Origin: Nageia nagi
Lineage: Eukaryota; Plantae; Pinophyta
Length of the DNA stretch: 64,000 bases
Assembly: GCA_050084985.1 (NCBI GenBank)
Contig: JBITNC010000002.1
Location: 29,078,001-29,142,000, forward strand
Direction of reading: 5' to 3'
The notes under the pieces were generated by a model. That model ran no database searches. It saw only the letters and a list, made by a program, of their open reading frames with translations, and was not told the origin of the DNA. The translations under genes were made by a program, and so were the position numbers. Below, in pieces: positions 54,101-64,000 of the stretch (the first letter of the stretch is position 1; each line of letters begins with the position of its first letter).

Positions 54101-57100
54101 TTATTGTTGGTTGTTCAGAGACTCGAACAGGTCACTGGCCTTCATATTTTGCCAACCCAACCAAAGAGTTTATTCACAATTTTCAAACCTATGCAAGGTT
54201 TTTTTAGCATTACCAAACTAGTCTTTTCGTTCTTACCTCCTATTCCTTTTGTTAATGGCATTATGCTTTCATTTAATTATGCTTTTTTTCTAAGTTACCG
54301 ATTCAGGTACGTGTCCAGATTCAGGTTCGTTGTTTCGATTTGCTAATTTGGCAAAAAACAAATTTGGGTCTTATGTACAATTTAAGTACGTCCATACAAA
54401 AACCATGTAAAAATCAGAAATAAACATAAATTTGCAGCCTAGAAGCATGAAATTAATATTAGAGTATCACATAGCATCATATAAACAACAAATCCACCAT
54501 AAATATGAATGCCATTTAAAGCATGCGTGAGAAATATCGCTCAAACTTCAAGTTCAATATTTAAATAGTAGTATCAAGTTCAAGTTTCAACGGTTCAAAT
54601 GAAACTTCTAAGATTCTAAGATTCTAAATCAGTAATCTCATCATCATCATTGACATTAGATGATGTAGGAACATTAGAAACACAACCAATGCCATTGCCA
54701 TTTGCACTAACAATGTGTTCATGTTCATCCAAGTCATCATGTTCAATTCCCTTTGATCACTTTTCATCTCTGAAGACAATGGTCAGCCTCTTGGAAAAAA
54801 GTTTGTTGTTTGCAAGGGAAATGAGCAAGAATGAATGAGTTTAGAAAGCTCAAGGCCTTTAAGAGGTAACTTTTAGGGTTTCCCATGTGCAATTGGTCAA
54901 AGTCAAGGAGAAAAACAGTAAAGAAATGATAAACTTTATTAAAACGTCCGCCAAACACCTTGGATACTTTTTTGGTACTTCCTGATATGCCCAGGTACTG
55001 TCGCATACATCCTGCATACGTTAGTGGTGTATCCGACTTCAAAAAATGTTTCCTAGACAAATCTGTTTGTGTATCAAACCCGTATCCGTATCTGAAATAT
55101 ATTGAACCTGTATCCACCTCTTCTGCAGGTGTATCCGGTAACTTAGCTTTTTTTTAGGTTGGCGATAAGTGATCTGAGACCCTGTACTCCTTGGTGGGCT
55201 AGTGTCTCTATGACCTCTCCCATTTAGACAATATGGGCTAAGATCAATTTCCTTCCAATGTCGTGGGATATTATCTTCTTTGTCCTTAGGTTTAGTCAAT
55301 CTCGTTAAACATGCATTCCCTTTTTTTTGTCTTATGCATTGCATTATGAGCACAAGATCTACAAGGAACAATTCTTTACACAAACCTCGGATTTTGCATT
55401 TAAGCTTGTTCAGTTCTAACCACTCTCCAATCAGCATTATCAGATTTTGTATTGGCTATTTCTGGATGATTGATGATGACAACGTTTCTGCTGGATGACA
55501 TTTTAATATCTTGTAGAATTGACTGTTATTTTAACAAGGGGCTGATGAACTATTGTGCACATTTATATTTTATATCCTCTCATGTAATATTCGCTACTTT
55601 TAATCTTTTTCTTAGGGCTTCCTCTATGACTACACTGTTCTTCAAGTCATTTCAAGATGTTAATAAATATCGTTTCTTTCCTTGTCTAACATACTGTCAA
55701 TTATTAAGCTTTCCTATGTAGATATGGTCCGAATACATCTTACTGGTCAGACTAAATGATATTAATAGGGATTATGAACAAAATAGCAGCGTATGATTAT
55801 AAAACACAACTTTATGTTGTGTCTATTTACATAACACATGCTTTTCATTTGAAGCATGTCCCCCCATAATCAATAAAAACACAACCTTATGTTGTGTTTA
55901 TTCACAAAATATGCGATTGAGTACATAAATAATTCATCCATTTTAGTTTAACGTGAAAAATTTAATTGAATGCATGCGTGCAAGAGAATGAGGTGAAAAT
56001 ACTGCTGAGCTTGGAAAATTGCCTGCTTTTGACTCACTATTTTGATTTCAAAGCACATATCATTATGCAACAGTGAGGTATATATATTCACAAGCATATT
56101 TTGGATTGCTGTAAACACTGTTTTACACTTTTCATAAGATGGTTTCATTTTTTTGGCAGTTTGATTCAGATAACTACTGTAATGTGATGTCTGCATTGGA
56201 GTCGGTTCACATAGCTCTAGCAATAATGACACACCGAAACATGCCAAAGCAAGTATATAATGAAGAAGTACGCTTTTACTCCTTTCTTTCTATCTATTTG
56301 TCTGGTTTGAATTGTTACTGTTTAAATCTTGCAAAATTTGTTGTCAGCTCCAATTTAATATTTTGGTTTTCCTCATGCTGTCAAATAGAAATTGTTATAT
56401 TCAAGTAAGTTAGTAACATCAAATTTCTCTGTTCAGAAAACTTTGATGTCAAAATGAGTCACTTTTGAACTGACAAATGTACAATCCAATTCTAGAACTT
56501 GACAATATTTTGAGTTTGTTGTCAGATCATTGACAGGATTATCAACTTTTCAAGACAGCAAATTTTACAGAGTGTATTTAAAGCGTATGATCCTTCTTAT
56601 CGAATAATTCATAAAGGAAGAGAAACTGATGCTTACAAGGGTAGGTCTTTTGGTACTTTGAAATTGTTTGAAAGTAGGTCATCTGGATTTCTTGCTTCTG
56701 TTATGAATTGATATTTATTTGTATACTTGGTTTTGACTTTTAATTTGAAGATAAACTTTTAAAAGCTTAAGAAATGTCAGTACAAGCAAGGATTGTGATG
56801 AATATGGGTTTTGGATGTTAATCTTTTTGTGTTATGATTATTTAAAATGCTTGTGCATTTTGGTCTTTTAATTAAAATTACATTGTAACTAGAGAGAGTC
56901 TTCACTCTGAAATAAATATTCAGCAGGAATATGTAAAAAAAAAATCAGTCAGTTTTATTTGTATTCATGCTAGTGGCATATGTAGATGCCTTCTGGACCA
57001 AATTTTGAATTGTGTAATAAGCGTTTCTTTATACAAATTACATGTCATTTGGAATCCTGGCCACCGATTCACATCTTATATGCTGTGAACATTCTGTTTC

Positions 57101-60100
57101 ATATGTTGTATCGTTATGTACTTGTGTTTAGGAAAGAATTTATTAGGAATAAATGTGTTTTACACACTTAATAGAGGGTATTTAGGGGTTTAGTTGATTA
57201 AGCTTTTATATAATATATAAATATTTTATTATGCAAAGTGTTGAATAAGGGAAAGTTACTTTAAGTTATATGAAGGGATGAAGCCATTATATGTTATTTA
57301 TCCCACATTTAAAAGTTGAAGAGGTAAAATGAGAAAGGAAAACTATAAAAAAGCCATTAAGCCTTAGAGCAAGAGTGTGTTTAGGAATCAGAAACAAATT
57401 GTAGCCACACAATGGGACACTTCTTGGGCAATTGCAGCATCCATACTGCTCTTAGAGTTTGTAGGCCTGAGATTGGAAACTTTAATTTTCTCAGGAAATT
57501 TGCTTTACTCCTTTACTTGAATCTTAATATTTGCTTAGCAGGAGTTAGTGGTTTTTTCACTATCTTTTTAAGAATATCCATGCATTTAATTTTTGACTCG
57601 TTGTAAAAATGATTTATTCTAATTTTGTTTCAGCTAGGATTGAGACACTTGTATTTCTAAGGGATTATACATCTACATGTTGCATTTCAATATATTTTTA
57701 GATTTCAGATCTGGGCAACTATGCATTTTCAATCTATTGTTGGATTCTTAGCTCTGAGTTTTGTACAGTTGTGGACAAGTTTCAGAATTTTCAGATTCAA
57801 TCTGCAGAAATTTAAGCACATTCCAGATTTGGTCTGTGACATTGTGCTTGACGTTTTGCATACCAAACAAGTATTTATCAATCGAATTCAAGTACTCATC
57901 TGTAAACACTACAAACTAGATGCACAAACAACAAAACAGAAATTGTACACCAAACATATATATATATATATTTTCTCCAGAACAAACATGCAAGAAAAAT
58001 TTAGTAATTCTGAAGCAAAACACAAAGTACTTTCAACTACAACGATTCCAAAAACATGGAGTGCTACTACAGGTTCAAACTCCAGTCTGCAGCTGCTTTC
58101 CACATCAAAGCTCAGAATTTCGTCTGCTCTTGCAAGGTTTGGGTCTGAACTTGAAACAGGACTGCATTCACTTGCTTCCCTTAATCAATTTGATCAAAAC
58201 CACCGGGACTCTACTGACTGACTAATTATTAGATTGCCCACTAATTGCTCCTTTATATAGTAGAAGTTAACTGAAATTCCACTTTATCAGCTGACTGAGC
58301 CATAAGTTAACTCACAAACCACCCCTTAGTTACTCTTTCCATCATGCACAACTCCAGATTCTCCTAGTAGACACAGAACTCTTTTTTCCTGATTAGAAAC
58401 TCTTCTGAACATGCAGGACTTATCCTCAGTTAATAACTAATACAGATCTATGTTAAAGTTAGTCCCTTATTTCTCCTGCGCTTATGCTTCACTCATTCTA
58501 TCTTTCCTATACAGCCTTATGGATGGGAATTTTATTTAGTTTTTCTTTTATGGATATTGCATTATCAATAACAATTATTGTTAACATGACAACACCTAAT
58601 ACAACTTTAGTGAGAGAAAGTCGGATCAGTCATTCTACGTACACTTGACAAGCATTAAGCAAAATGATTACAAATCTAAACAAGTTGTATTAGACTTCTA
58701 GTACTTGCAATTTCTGTTATGCAGGAGATTTCTTTGTCCAATGCAATGACACTATTGATTTAGACAATATCATCTATTCCCTCCACTTTGAATTCTTCAT
58801 GTTTGTCCGTGTACATTTCCTTGTTAGGATCTACTGGACAGCAGGTTGTTTTTACATCCATTTGGTCTACATCAAGATCATATCCAGCTACTATTACTAA
58901 AAGCACCTTGATTGAAGTCATTCTGGCTGACTGTTTCCTTCAAAGCTTTCTCAGGATTCCTTTAACCTGGAAATATTTTATTTGGACCTTATGAATTGTC
59001 ACAGACGATCTCACTTTGATTATTCTTAAATACCCTTTTGCTAGTTTTCCTTTGTGAGGGTGATAACTCCAATGGCCAAAGTCTGGTTTTGGTGCAACAT
59101 CTTTATTTCTTCTTCCGTTTCATGATTATAATGACAATTCTCCTTTTCTTTATAGGTTATGCAATTGTTTTAGGCCTTTTTTCTTGTTGCATTTAAAGTA
59201 AGGTAATCATTATCATACCACCCTGACGGAAAACAATAATGTACTGCATGCCTTCCTATTGTTTGTTATTCTCAGTTCCACACAAGTTTGTACATCTTCG
59301 CTTTTCATTTTCTACTGACATTCTAATTGCCACCGGTTGAACAACATGCCACATCATTTTATTACTTAAGCTGCTAAAATTCTCCTCCAGCTGCCAACTT
59401 TCTTCAGATCCGTTTCCTTCAAATGTAACTTTATGACTATATTTACATTGCAGTAACAGGGCTCATGATATTATACCTTTTCACATCATCTCCATAACTA
59501 ATGAATATGCATTCAATTGTCTAGATGTTATCTGGCATCCTATTCTGCTTTGACATGTGAATGTACACTATGAAGCCAAACAGCCATCCGATGTTAGCAC
59601 CTTCTTTCCATTTCCAAGATTTGTAACACTATTATTTGGTTTTAAGTATGGAGTAGTCTTTTGTTTAGCTATCCCACATTCCTTATAGAATCTCTAAAAT
59701 CCCTTTTAAGCAGTATATTATTATATTTGGTTCCTTTAGCTTTAATTACCTGCTTCAAGATAGTAACTGTAAAAATTATTGAAGATGCTAAATACTTTGA
59801 TTTCTGCTTCATTAATTACTCATTTCCTCCTTGAGCAGTCATCAATGAAAGCGATAAAATGCAAATATCCTCCAGGAGGAAAAAGTTAAAACTATTGAAG
59901 GCTCACTCATCTCAGTGTGCACCATATGTAATATTCCTTAAGTTCTGTATGAGCTTGAGGTGAACTTTTTCAATGGCTAGTAGAAACACACAGAAAAATC
60001 AGAATATTTGTCTACACATTCAAGCCCTTGAACAATTCCATTATTGCACATCAGAAATATGCTTCAAGTTCAATTCCAATCAGTAGTTTACAATTTGTTC

Positions 60101-63100
60101 TTATTTACTGTGTTAGGGAGGTGGATCTAGGAATGGATATGGCCCCAAAACTTTTCAAGTACTGTTTCTAATTAAACCATTAGAATTTGTGGGATAGGTG
60201 GTTATTTCCTGGTTTCTAATCTTTTTGTCCTGAACGCATCTTCTTGTCCTATTTCCTATGTACCACGTTCCATAGCATCCTGGCTGTAGGAAAGTTTGTT
60301 TAGATCAGAAAACATTCACAATTTCTTCCATTTAATTAAAATTACATGATCTTGAAGCTAGTTAGAGGTGTCCTTGATAATTTGTGGAGGCATTATAATC
60401 CTAATCTTACTGTCTTGCATTTTCATTGTTTCTTAATTCTGTAAAATCCTTTCCATGCTTATTCGATACAGATGTTTTTCCAAGTGTGGATTATGCACTC
60501 TGCTGATGCTATAATTAATATCGAGGTTGATTATTTACTTTATTTTGGCTTGTATTATGAAGGGGAGGAGGATGAAGATGATGACACTGAATATGGCTCA
60601 GGGAAGAAAGGCCATCGTAAGAATAAAATGTGGAAGTTTAGAAAGTTGAACACATCAAAGTAAGTAGATTTAGGATTCTTTAACTCTGACAACTCTTATT
60701 TAATACAGAAAGCACATTTTCAATTACTTTCTTTTGCAAAATATTGTATTCTCATTATCTCTCAACAGGGTTTCTGGTACGGTATCCTCTATGCTTCAGA
60801 AACTGTGCAGTATCCTTGGCCTTTTGAAAGAATTGCTTTTAATTGAGCGGCTTCTCGATAGTTCTGTTCTCCAACTGATCAAGACAAGCATTGCTACGTT
60901 TGCCATTGATAATATACAGCTCTTGCAATTGAAGGCCATTGGTGTAATATGTGCGGTAATGCATCTCCTCAGTTTAGGCATGTAATGAGCAAAGCAGGGC
61001 AATGTGTATATTTAGAATTTGTCTCACTAGGTTATTCTTGGAATGATTATTCTGAGAGTTCTTATGCAAAAATAGGTTTTCAGCTCATATGTCCAGCATC
61101 GTACCATCATAATGGATGAAATCTTTCAACTGCTTTGGAAGTTGCCATCATCAAAACGTAACCTCAGAGCTTATCATTTACCAGATGAAGACCAGAAGCA
61201 GATCCAGATGATAACTGCCTTAGTGATTCAGGTGGTTCAGTGCAGTGTTTCTCTTCCTGATCTATGTGAGGAAGCTGCAGCTGTACCTGGAACCGGTGAT
61301 CACTCTAGCAGTCCAGTTAAATGTTTTGAACCTGCAGTTGAGGCTTGTATGCAGTTTTGGGCGACTGTTATGCAGAGGTGGACATCTCCAAAAGTTCAAG
61401 ATGGATCTGACATCAAAGGAGTTGTTGAGAATCTTGTTGTAGATTTATTGACAATATTAAATGTACCTGAATACCCAGCTGCTGGACTTTTACTTCAGGT
61501 CATTAATCAGAGAAATCTGTCAATCATTTTCTCATATTTTCGTTATAGTTTATTAACAGATTTGATAATTATGTTTACTTTCTTCAGATTCTTTGCGTTT
61601 TACTTTTCGGGAGTGTGGGATTGAAGTGCAAAGATGCACTTGTACGTGGTATGGCAATTGATCTACTTGGACAGATTGCTGCAAGGCTAAAGCAAGATGC
61701 CGTGGCTTGCAGTAATGAGAAATTGTGGATTTTGCAAGAATTGCATGAAGATAAGTCGGAAAGTTTTGGTGCTCAAAAGGAGAGATGTGTCATCTGTTCA
61801 GAGGGAAAAGCGACGAAGTTCATGATTCATTGTGATGGATGTAAGCGATTGTTTCATGGGGAGTGCATTGGTGTGACAGGACAGGATATGCTTCGTCGTG
61901 GCTGGCTTTGCTATTGCTGCCTTTGTAGGCAGCAACTATCTCTTCTTAGTTCCAACTCAAAAGAAGGTGTCAAAAACAAGGAAGGCAATCTAAAAAGTAG
62001 TACAAGACAAAAAGCTGAGTTTTCACCACAAGTAACAGGAGTTGATGTCCTCCAGCAAATTCTTTTAAATTATCTTCAGGAGGTCGGATGTGCAGATGAT
62101 GCTTCCACTTTTGCTCGACGGTGTGTTTACTTCATAGAGCATGTATGTCTTGTTTTAATTTTTATGTTTGTCTTCCTTCTTGGAAATAAACAAACAATTT
62201 GTTTCAGGTTTTACTTATGTCAGTGGTATAGAGATGATCCAAATGCATCGCAGATGCTTCCATATTACCATGGAAGATGGAACTCAAAATCTCCAGTACA
62301 AGATTTTGGAGTTGGTACTGTACCTCTCTCTAGGAACACTGTTACAGAAATATCAGCAGCATTAGGTCAACAGAGATCTCCTGCTCGCGGATTTGATAAA
62401 ATACTTGTTGCATTGCTGGTATACTCCCTGAACTATTTGATCTGTTAGTGTCCATTATGTTTTTGCATTTTTCTCAATATTTCTGATGAATGCCATTTTC
62501 CATGGGTGAAATACATCATTTTTATTTGTGTCACAGGCCAGCTTACAAGAGAATTCACCAACCCCTCGTGCTAAGGCATTACGAGCTGTAAGTGATTCCT
62601 GTACTCCAAAAAGTTGTGATGTGACAGGACATTTTTTTTTGCAATCTTCTGAGAATTGTGTTTAATTAGATTCACTTCGGGTGTCTTAGGTTAGTGCAAT
62701 TGTCGAAGTAGATCCTGGAGTGTTAGGTGACAGACGTGTTCAGTCTGCAGTAGAGGGCAGATTTCTTGACTCTGCTATTTCGGTGAGGGAAGCTGCCATG
62801 GAGCTTGTTGGTCGACATATTGCCTCTCGGCCTGATGTGGCTGTTCAGGTAACTGTTGACTTTATCACAGAATCTCTATTCGTTCAATGAACATTATGGC
62901 TTTGTTTTTGAATCTGCTAAAGATTTTTTAATTTTAGTTTATCTAACTTCTATCTTAATTGTTTCAGTATTTCGATAAAGTCGCAGAAAGAATTATGGAC
63001 ACAGGAGTAAGTGTTCGGAAGCGTGTTGTTAAGATTATTCGGGACATGTGCATGTCAAAATGTGAGTTCAAAGAGGCCACTAATGCATGTATTCGCATGA

Positions 63101-64000
63101 TCTCTCGTATTAATGATGAAGAACTGAGTATACAGGTATGCCATTTCAATGTGGTTATCGAATTACTTCTTGGTAAGGTCAGTGAAACAAATTGTTTAGA
63201 TCTGTGATCAGAACCAAAACATGTCAAAAGAAATAATATTTTTGCATTGTATGACATCAATCTGCATAACTTGAGCTTTAGCATAATTTTGATCATTATG
63301 AAAAAAGCAAGTTAAGAAATATGTTAAACAATTATTCATGATGGTTATCCTTGTTGGCTTCTTGCCCCACTACCTCAAGCTGAAAAGTTTTGCTTCTTTT
63401 TCAGGTTTTGTGTTTATTTTACTTACAAGTAGTTTTCTACTTTGTTTCTGAAAATTCTTACTATATGCCATATGCTCTTCTGATCCTCATCAGATATTTT
63501 TTCCATTTAATGCTTGTTGCATTTCTGTTGTTGCAAGTGAAGTTCCTATTTTTTCAATTTGATAATGTTCTAGAAAGTTTGTGTAAAGCAGTGGTACTCT
63601 GTTGGTTCGAACTTCGAAGAAGCAAATACTGGGGTTATTTTGGTTCCTTGTAAAGGATCTTTCATGGTAGGAGAGTCCGAGTCCCTTTCTGTTTGAATGT
63701 AACTCAGCTTTATGCATTTGTTGCAGGATCTTGTCTGCAGGACCTTCTATGAATTATGGTTTGAAGATTCTTTTGATATACAGAGTCGTTATGCTAGTGA
63801 TGGAAGCAATATACCACTAGAAATAGCAGAGAAATCTGAACAGTTAGTTGATGTGCTGAGAAGTTTGAACAGCTATCAAGCACTGGTTACCATCATCAAG
63901 CGAAGTTTAGCTTTAGACTTTACCACTCAGACTGCAAAGAGTATTGGCACAAATGCAGTTCAACAGGCTGCAGTACGGAAGCGTTGCGAACTCATGTGCC
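17213..64000 (+). CDS. SCC2: Sister chromatid cohesion protein SCC2 / Nipped-B-like cohesin loader (PHD finger + HEAT repeats), 3'-partial, 16 exons in window
   Basis: Exons 17213-17418, 37961-38073, 47023-47153, 47789-47882, 47979-48235, 56160-56267, 56526-56640, 60563-60659, 60769-60955, 61076-61498, 61588-62120, 62208-62418, 62537-62587, 62690-62848, 62968-63135, 63727->64000. All introns are GT-AG with consistent phases. Peptides are collinear with Arabidopsis SCC2 as recalled ([62 protein letters not shown]). Confidence 0.96.
18384..24662 (-). mobile_element. Ty3/gypsy chromovirus-type LTR retrotransposon, decayed, RT core deleted, in SCC2 intron 1
   Basis: Diverged direct repeats at 18384-19571 and 23516-24662 (LTRs). 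Degenerate iMet PBS at 23502-23513. Gag (LKGHANLW), protease region, RNase H ([22 protein letters not shown]), integrase ([15 protein letters not shown]) and a chromodomain remnant (KEYLV*WNG...DSWV, ~19640-19760). Candidate TSD CTAAG/TTGAG has two mismatches. Confidence 0.88.
27781..27930 (+). pseudogene. Captured fragment of an ABCG/PDR transporter gene (second transmembrane domain)
   Basis: [49 protein letters not shown], compared with the PDR consensus QDLFNxxGAMYAAVLFLG...[29 protein letters not shown]. Confidence 0.8.
27931..28140 (+). pseudogene. Captured ankyrin-repeat fragments resembling a SKOR/GORK Shaker K+ channel
   Basis: [43 protein letters not shown] and [17 protein letters not shown], compared with SKOR LAASRGYEDI, LLVKEGATLNIENAGTFLCTVVA and VAASEG...; collinear, with internal deletions. 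Confidence 0.65.
30163..30191. repeat. (TA)n microsatellite
   Basis: Direct reading. Confidence 0.95.
32100..33575. mobile_element. LTR-like remnant (left boundary uncertain)
   Basis: Ends AAAAATGGGGATATTACA, similar to the end of the 10422-11409 solo LTR. No clean TSD found. Confidence 0.5.
34600..36600 (+). pseudogene. Degenerate hAT transposase (DUF659 type) with right terminus
   Basis: SDGW...[41 protein letters not shown]; terminal ...AGTAACTTAG at 36600, like the 54290 MITE TIR. Confidence 0.82.
35606..35773. mobile_element. 168-bp MITE-like insertion inside the hAT transposase
   Basis: Splits the hAT peptide AACYL|NSRLF; imperfect termini GGGCAGTT / AACCGTGCCC; no clean TSD. Confidence 0.5.
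37150..37507. repeat. ~187-bp tandem duplication
   Basis: TTTGACTGGATTTTGT...CTAGATCCTGTGTGAAT present twice. Confidence 0.85.
37961..38073 (+). CDS. SCC2: SCC2 exon 2
   Basis: CCAG acceptor; [38 protein letters not shown] (cf. At DLRNEAR...VLRCNPGAFEYVTPG); donor GTATAA. Confidence 0.9.
38834..39320. repeat. ~270-bp diverged tandem duplication
   Basis: GAAAGTAGTATCTGGTTC... and TTAGATTAGCCAGTTGTTAGTGAAG... repeated. Confidence 0.8.
39537..39646. repeat. ~55-bp tandem duplication
   Basis: AACAGCAAGGTTTCAAGAAAGCCCAAGACAAAACYGGACTCCCTCACACAGAC present twice. Confidence 0.9.
41438..45462 (-). mobile_element. Near full-length hAT DNA transposon with a disrupted transposase (BED finger, DUF659, dimerisation domain) in SCC2 intron 2
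   Basis: TIRs CAAGGTTGGAAAACTC / CAGTGATTGAAAACTC. 8-bp TSD ATTCATAC (41430-41437) / GTTCATAC (45463-45470). ORFs contain AWKYG...CNFC...[35 protein letters not shown] and CEHNWSMF...[11 protein letters not shown]. Confidence 0.93.
43280..43843. mobile_element. hAT-type MITE nested in the hAT transposase
   Basis: TIR CAAGGTTCCA / TGGAATCTTG; TSD CATCAAAC / CATCAACC. Removing it restores [25 protein letters not shown]. Confidence 0.9.
47023..47153 (+). CDS. SCC2: SCC2 exon 3
   Basis: ACAG acceptor, [15 protein letters not shown]...DGKTL, donor GTATGT; phase 1 to 0 fits its neighbours; poorly conserved region. Confidence 0.75.
47789..47882 (+). CDS. SCC2: SCC2 exon 4
   Basis: [18 protein letters not shown]... 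(basic NLS-like stretch, cf. At SKKPKGKKKRK); phase 0 to 1. Confidence 0.8.
47979..48235 (+). CDS. SCC2: SCC2 exon 5
   Basis: GLCEMMDEY...[20 protein letters not shown]; donor GTGAGT. Confidence 0.93.
48311..48749. repeat. 217-bp tandem duplication just after exon 5
   Basis: ATTTGTCATAAATGTTTTTGGAGAGTG...ACCTAACTAGAAACAATATTT present twice, highly similar. Confidence 0.92.
51289..51474. repeat. 98-bp tandem duplication
   Basis: CACTTTYGATGTTGCACTAGATAG...GTCAAACAAAGGTAATG present twice. Confidence 0.88.
52375..53082. mobile_element. hAT-type MITE, same family as 43280-43843
   Basis: Starts CAAGGTTCCATGGTGAGTTGGGAGCGGTGGAGCG, matching the 43280 copy over about 200 bp. TSD GTTTTAAT / GTTTGAAT. 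Internal ~110-bp duplication. Confidence 0.85.
54290..55146. mobile_element. Non-autonomous hAT element (857 bp)
   Basis: TIR CTAAGTTACCG / CGGTAACTTAG; perfect 8-bp TSD CTTTTTTT (54282-54289, 55147-55154); subterminal GTATCC repeats. Confidence 0.9.
56160..56267 (+). CDS. SCC2: SCC2 exon 6
   Basis: [25 protein letters not shown]. Confidence 0.93.
56526..56640 (+). CDS. SCC2: SCC2 exon 7
   Basis: [12 protein letters not shown]...AYDPSYR; donor GTAGGT. Confidence 0.92.
57842..58586 (-). mobile_element. Possible solo LTR
   Basis: Flanked by TGACA on both sides; the minus strand starts TGTTAAC and has a TATA-like CTATATAAAGG; the other terminus is not a clean CA. Confidence 0.4.
58600..60100 (-). 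pseudogene. Degenerate Ty1/copia integrase-RT remnant in SCC2 intron 7
   Basis: Minus-strand motifs [14 protein letters not shown] (cf. KCIFxGY..GVKGY) and [14 protein letters not shown] (copia RT). Confidence 0.75.
60563..60659 (+). CDS. SCC2: SCC2 exon 8
   Basis: [22 protein letters not shown]; donor GTAAGT. Confidence 0.88.
60769..60955 (+). CDS. SCC2: SCC2 exon 9
   Basis: [20 protein letters not shown]...[10 protein letters not shown]. Confidence 0.95.
61076..61498 (+). CDS. SCC2: SCC2 exon 10
   Basis: [22 protein letters not shown]...[12 protein letters not shown]. Confidence 0.95.
61588..62120 (+). CDS. SCC2: SCC2 exon 11, containing the PHD finger (61786-61926)
   Basis: C-VI-C...C-DG-C...FHGEC...W-LCYCCLC (C4HC3 pattern). 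Confidence 0.95.
62208..62418 (+). CDS. SCC2: SCC2 exon 12
   Basis: FYLCQWYRD...[11 protein letters not shown]. Confidence 0.95.
62537..62587 (+). CDS. SCC2: SCC2 exon 13
   Basis: [17 protein letters not shown]. Confidence 0.93.
62690..62848 (+). CDS. SCC2: SCC2 exon 14 (cohesin HEAT region)
   Basis: VSAIVEVDP...[30 protein letters not shown]. Confidence 0.95.
62968..63135 (+). CDS. SCC2: SCC2 exon 15
   Basis: [28 protein letters not shown]. Confidence 0.95.
63727..64000 (+). CDS. SCC2: SCC2 exon 16 (partial, runs off the window)
   Basis: [13 protein letters not shown]...[13 protein letters not shown]...VRKRCELMC. Confidence 0.95.

Noticed and set aside
57721-58221. 166-aa ORF in intron 7
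   Set aside because: No recognisable domain; it crosses the boundary of a probable LTR insertion and a (TA)n run, so it is probably a chance ORF.
18384-60100. Antisense orientation bias of intronic TEs
   Set aside because: Orientations are mixed (the 25.4k LTR element and the 34.6k hAT are sense), and there are too few elements to claim a bias.
62419-62536. Possible U12-type intron (GTATAC donor)
   Set aside because: Does not match the U12 donor GTATCCTT; it looks like an ordinary U2 GT-AG intron.

Overview
Plant nuclear DNA, very AT-rich and packed with transposon remnants. The style of the repeats and the giant introns suggest a gymnosperm or similar large-genome plant (inference). The window holds one intact host gene on the + strand: the cohesin loader SCC2/NIPBL (Nipped-B-like, plant type with a PHD finger). 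It starts at ATG 17213, has 16 identifiable GT-AG exons that join in one frame (about 1042 codons seen) and runs off the right edge. Its 5' introns are huge (20.5, 8.9, 7.9 and 3.9 kb) and full of nested elements: a chromodomain-bearing Ty3/gypsy with both LTRs, a non-autonomous LTR element, two hAT transposase remnants, hAT-type MITEs with 8-bp TSDs and a Ty1/copia remnant. The upstream 16.6 kb is decayed intergenic DNA: two convergent Ty1/copia elements, a solo LTR with a perfect TSD, and LINE remnants. The most unusual item is at about 27780-28140. There, a non-autonomous LTR element carries a mosaic of host-gene pieces: an ABCG/PDR transporter fragment fused to SKOR/GORK-like K+ channel ankyrin fragments. 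I found no evidence for a wholly new functional system. All homology calls come from recalled motifs, not database searches.
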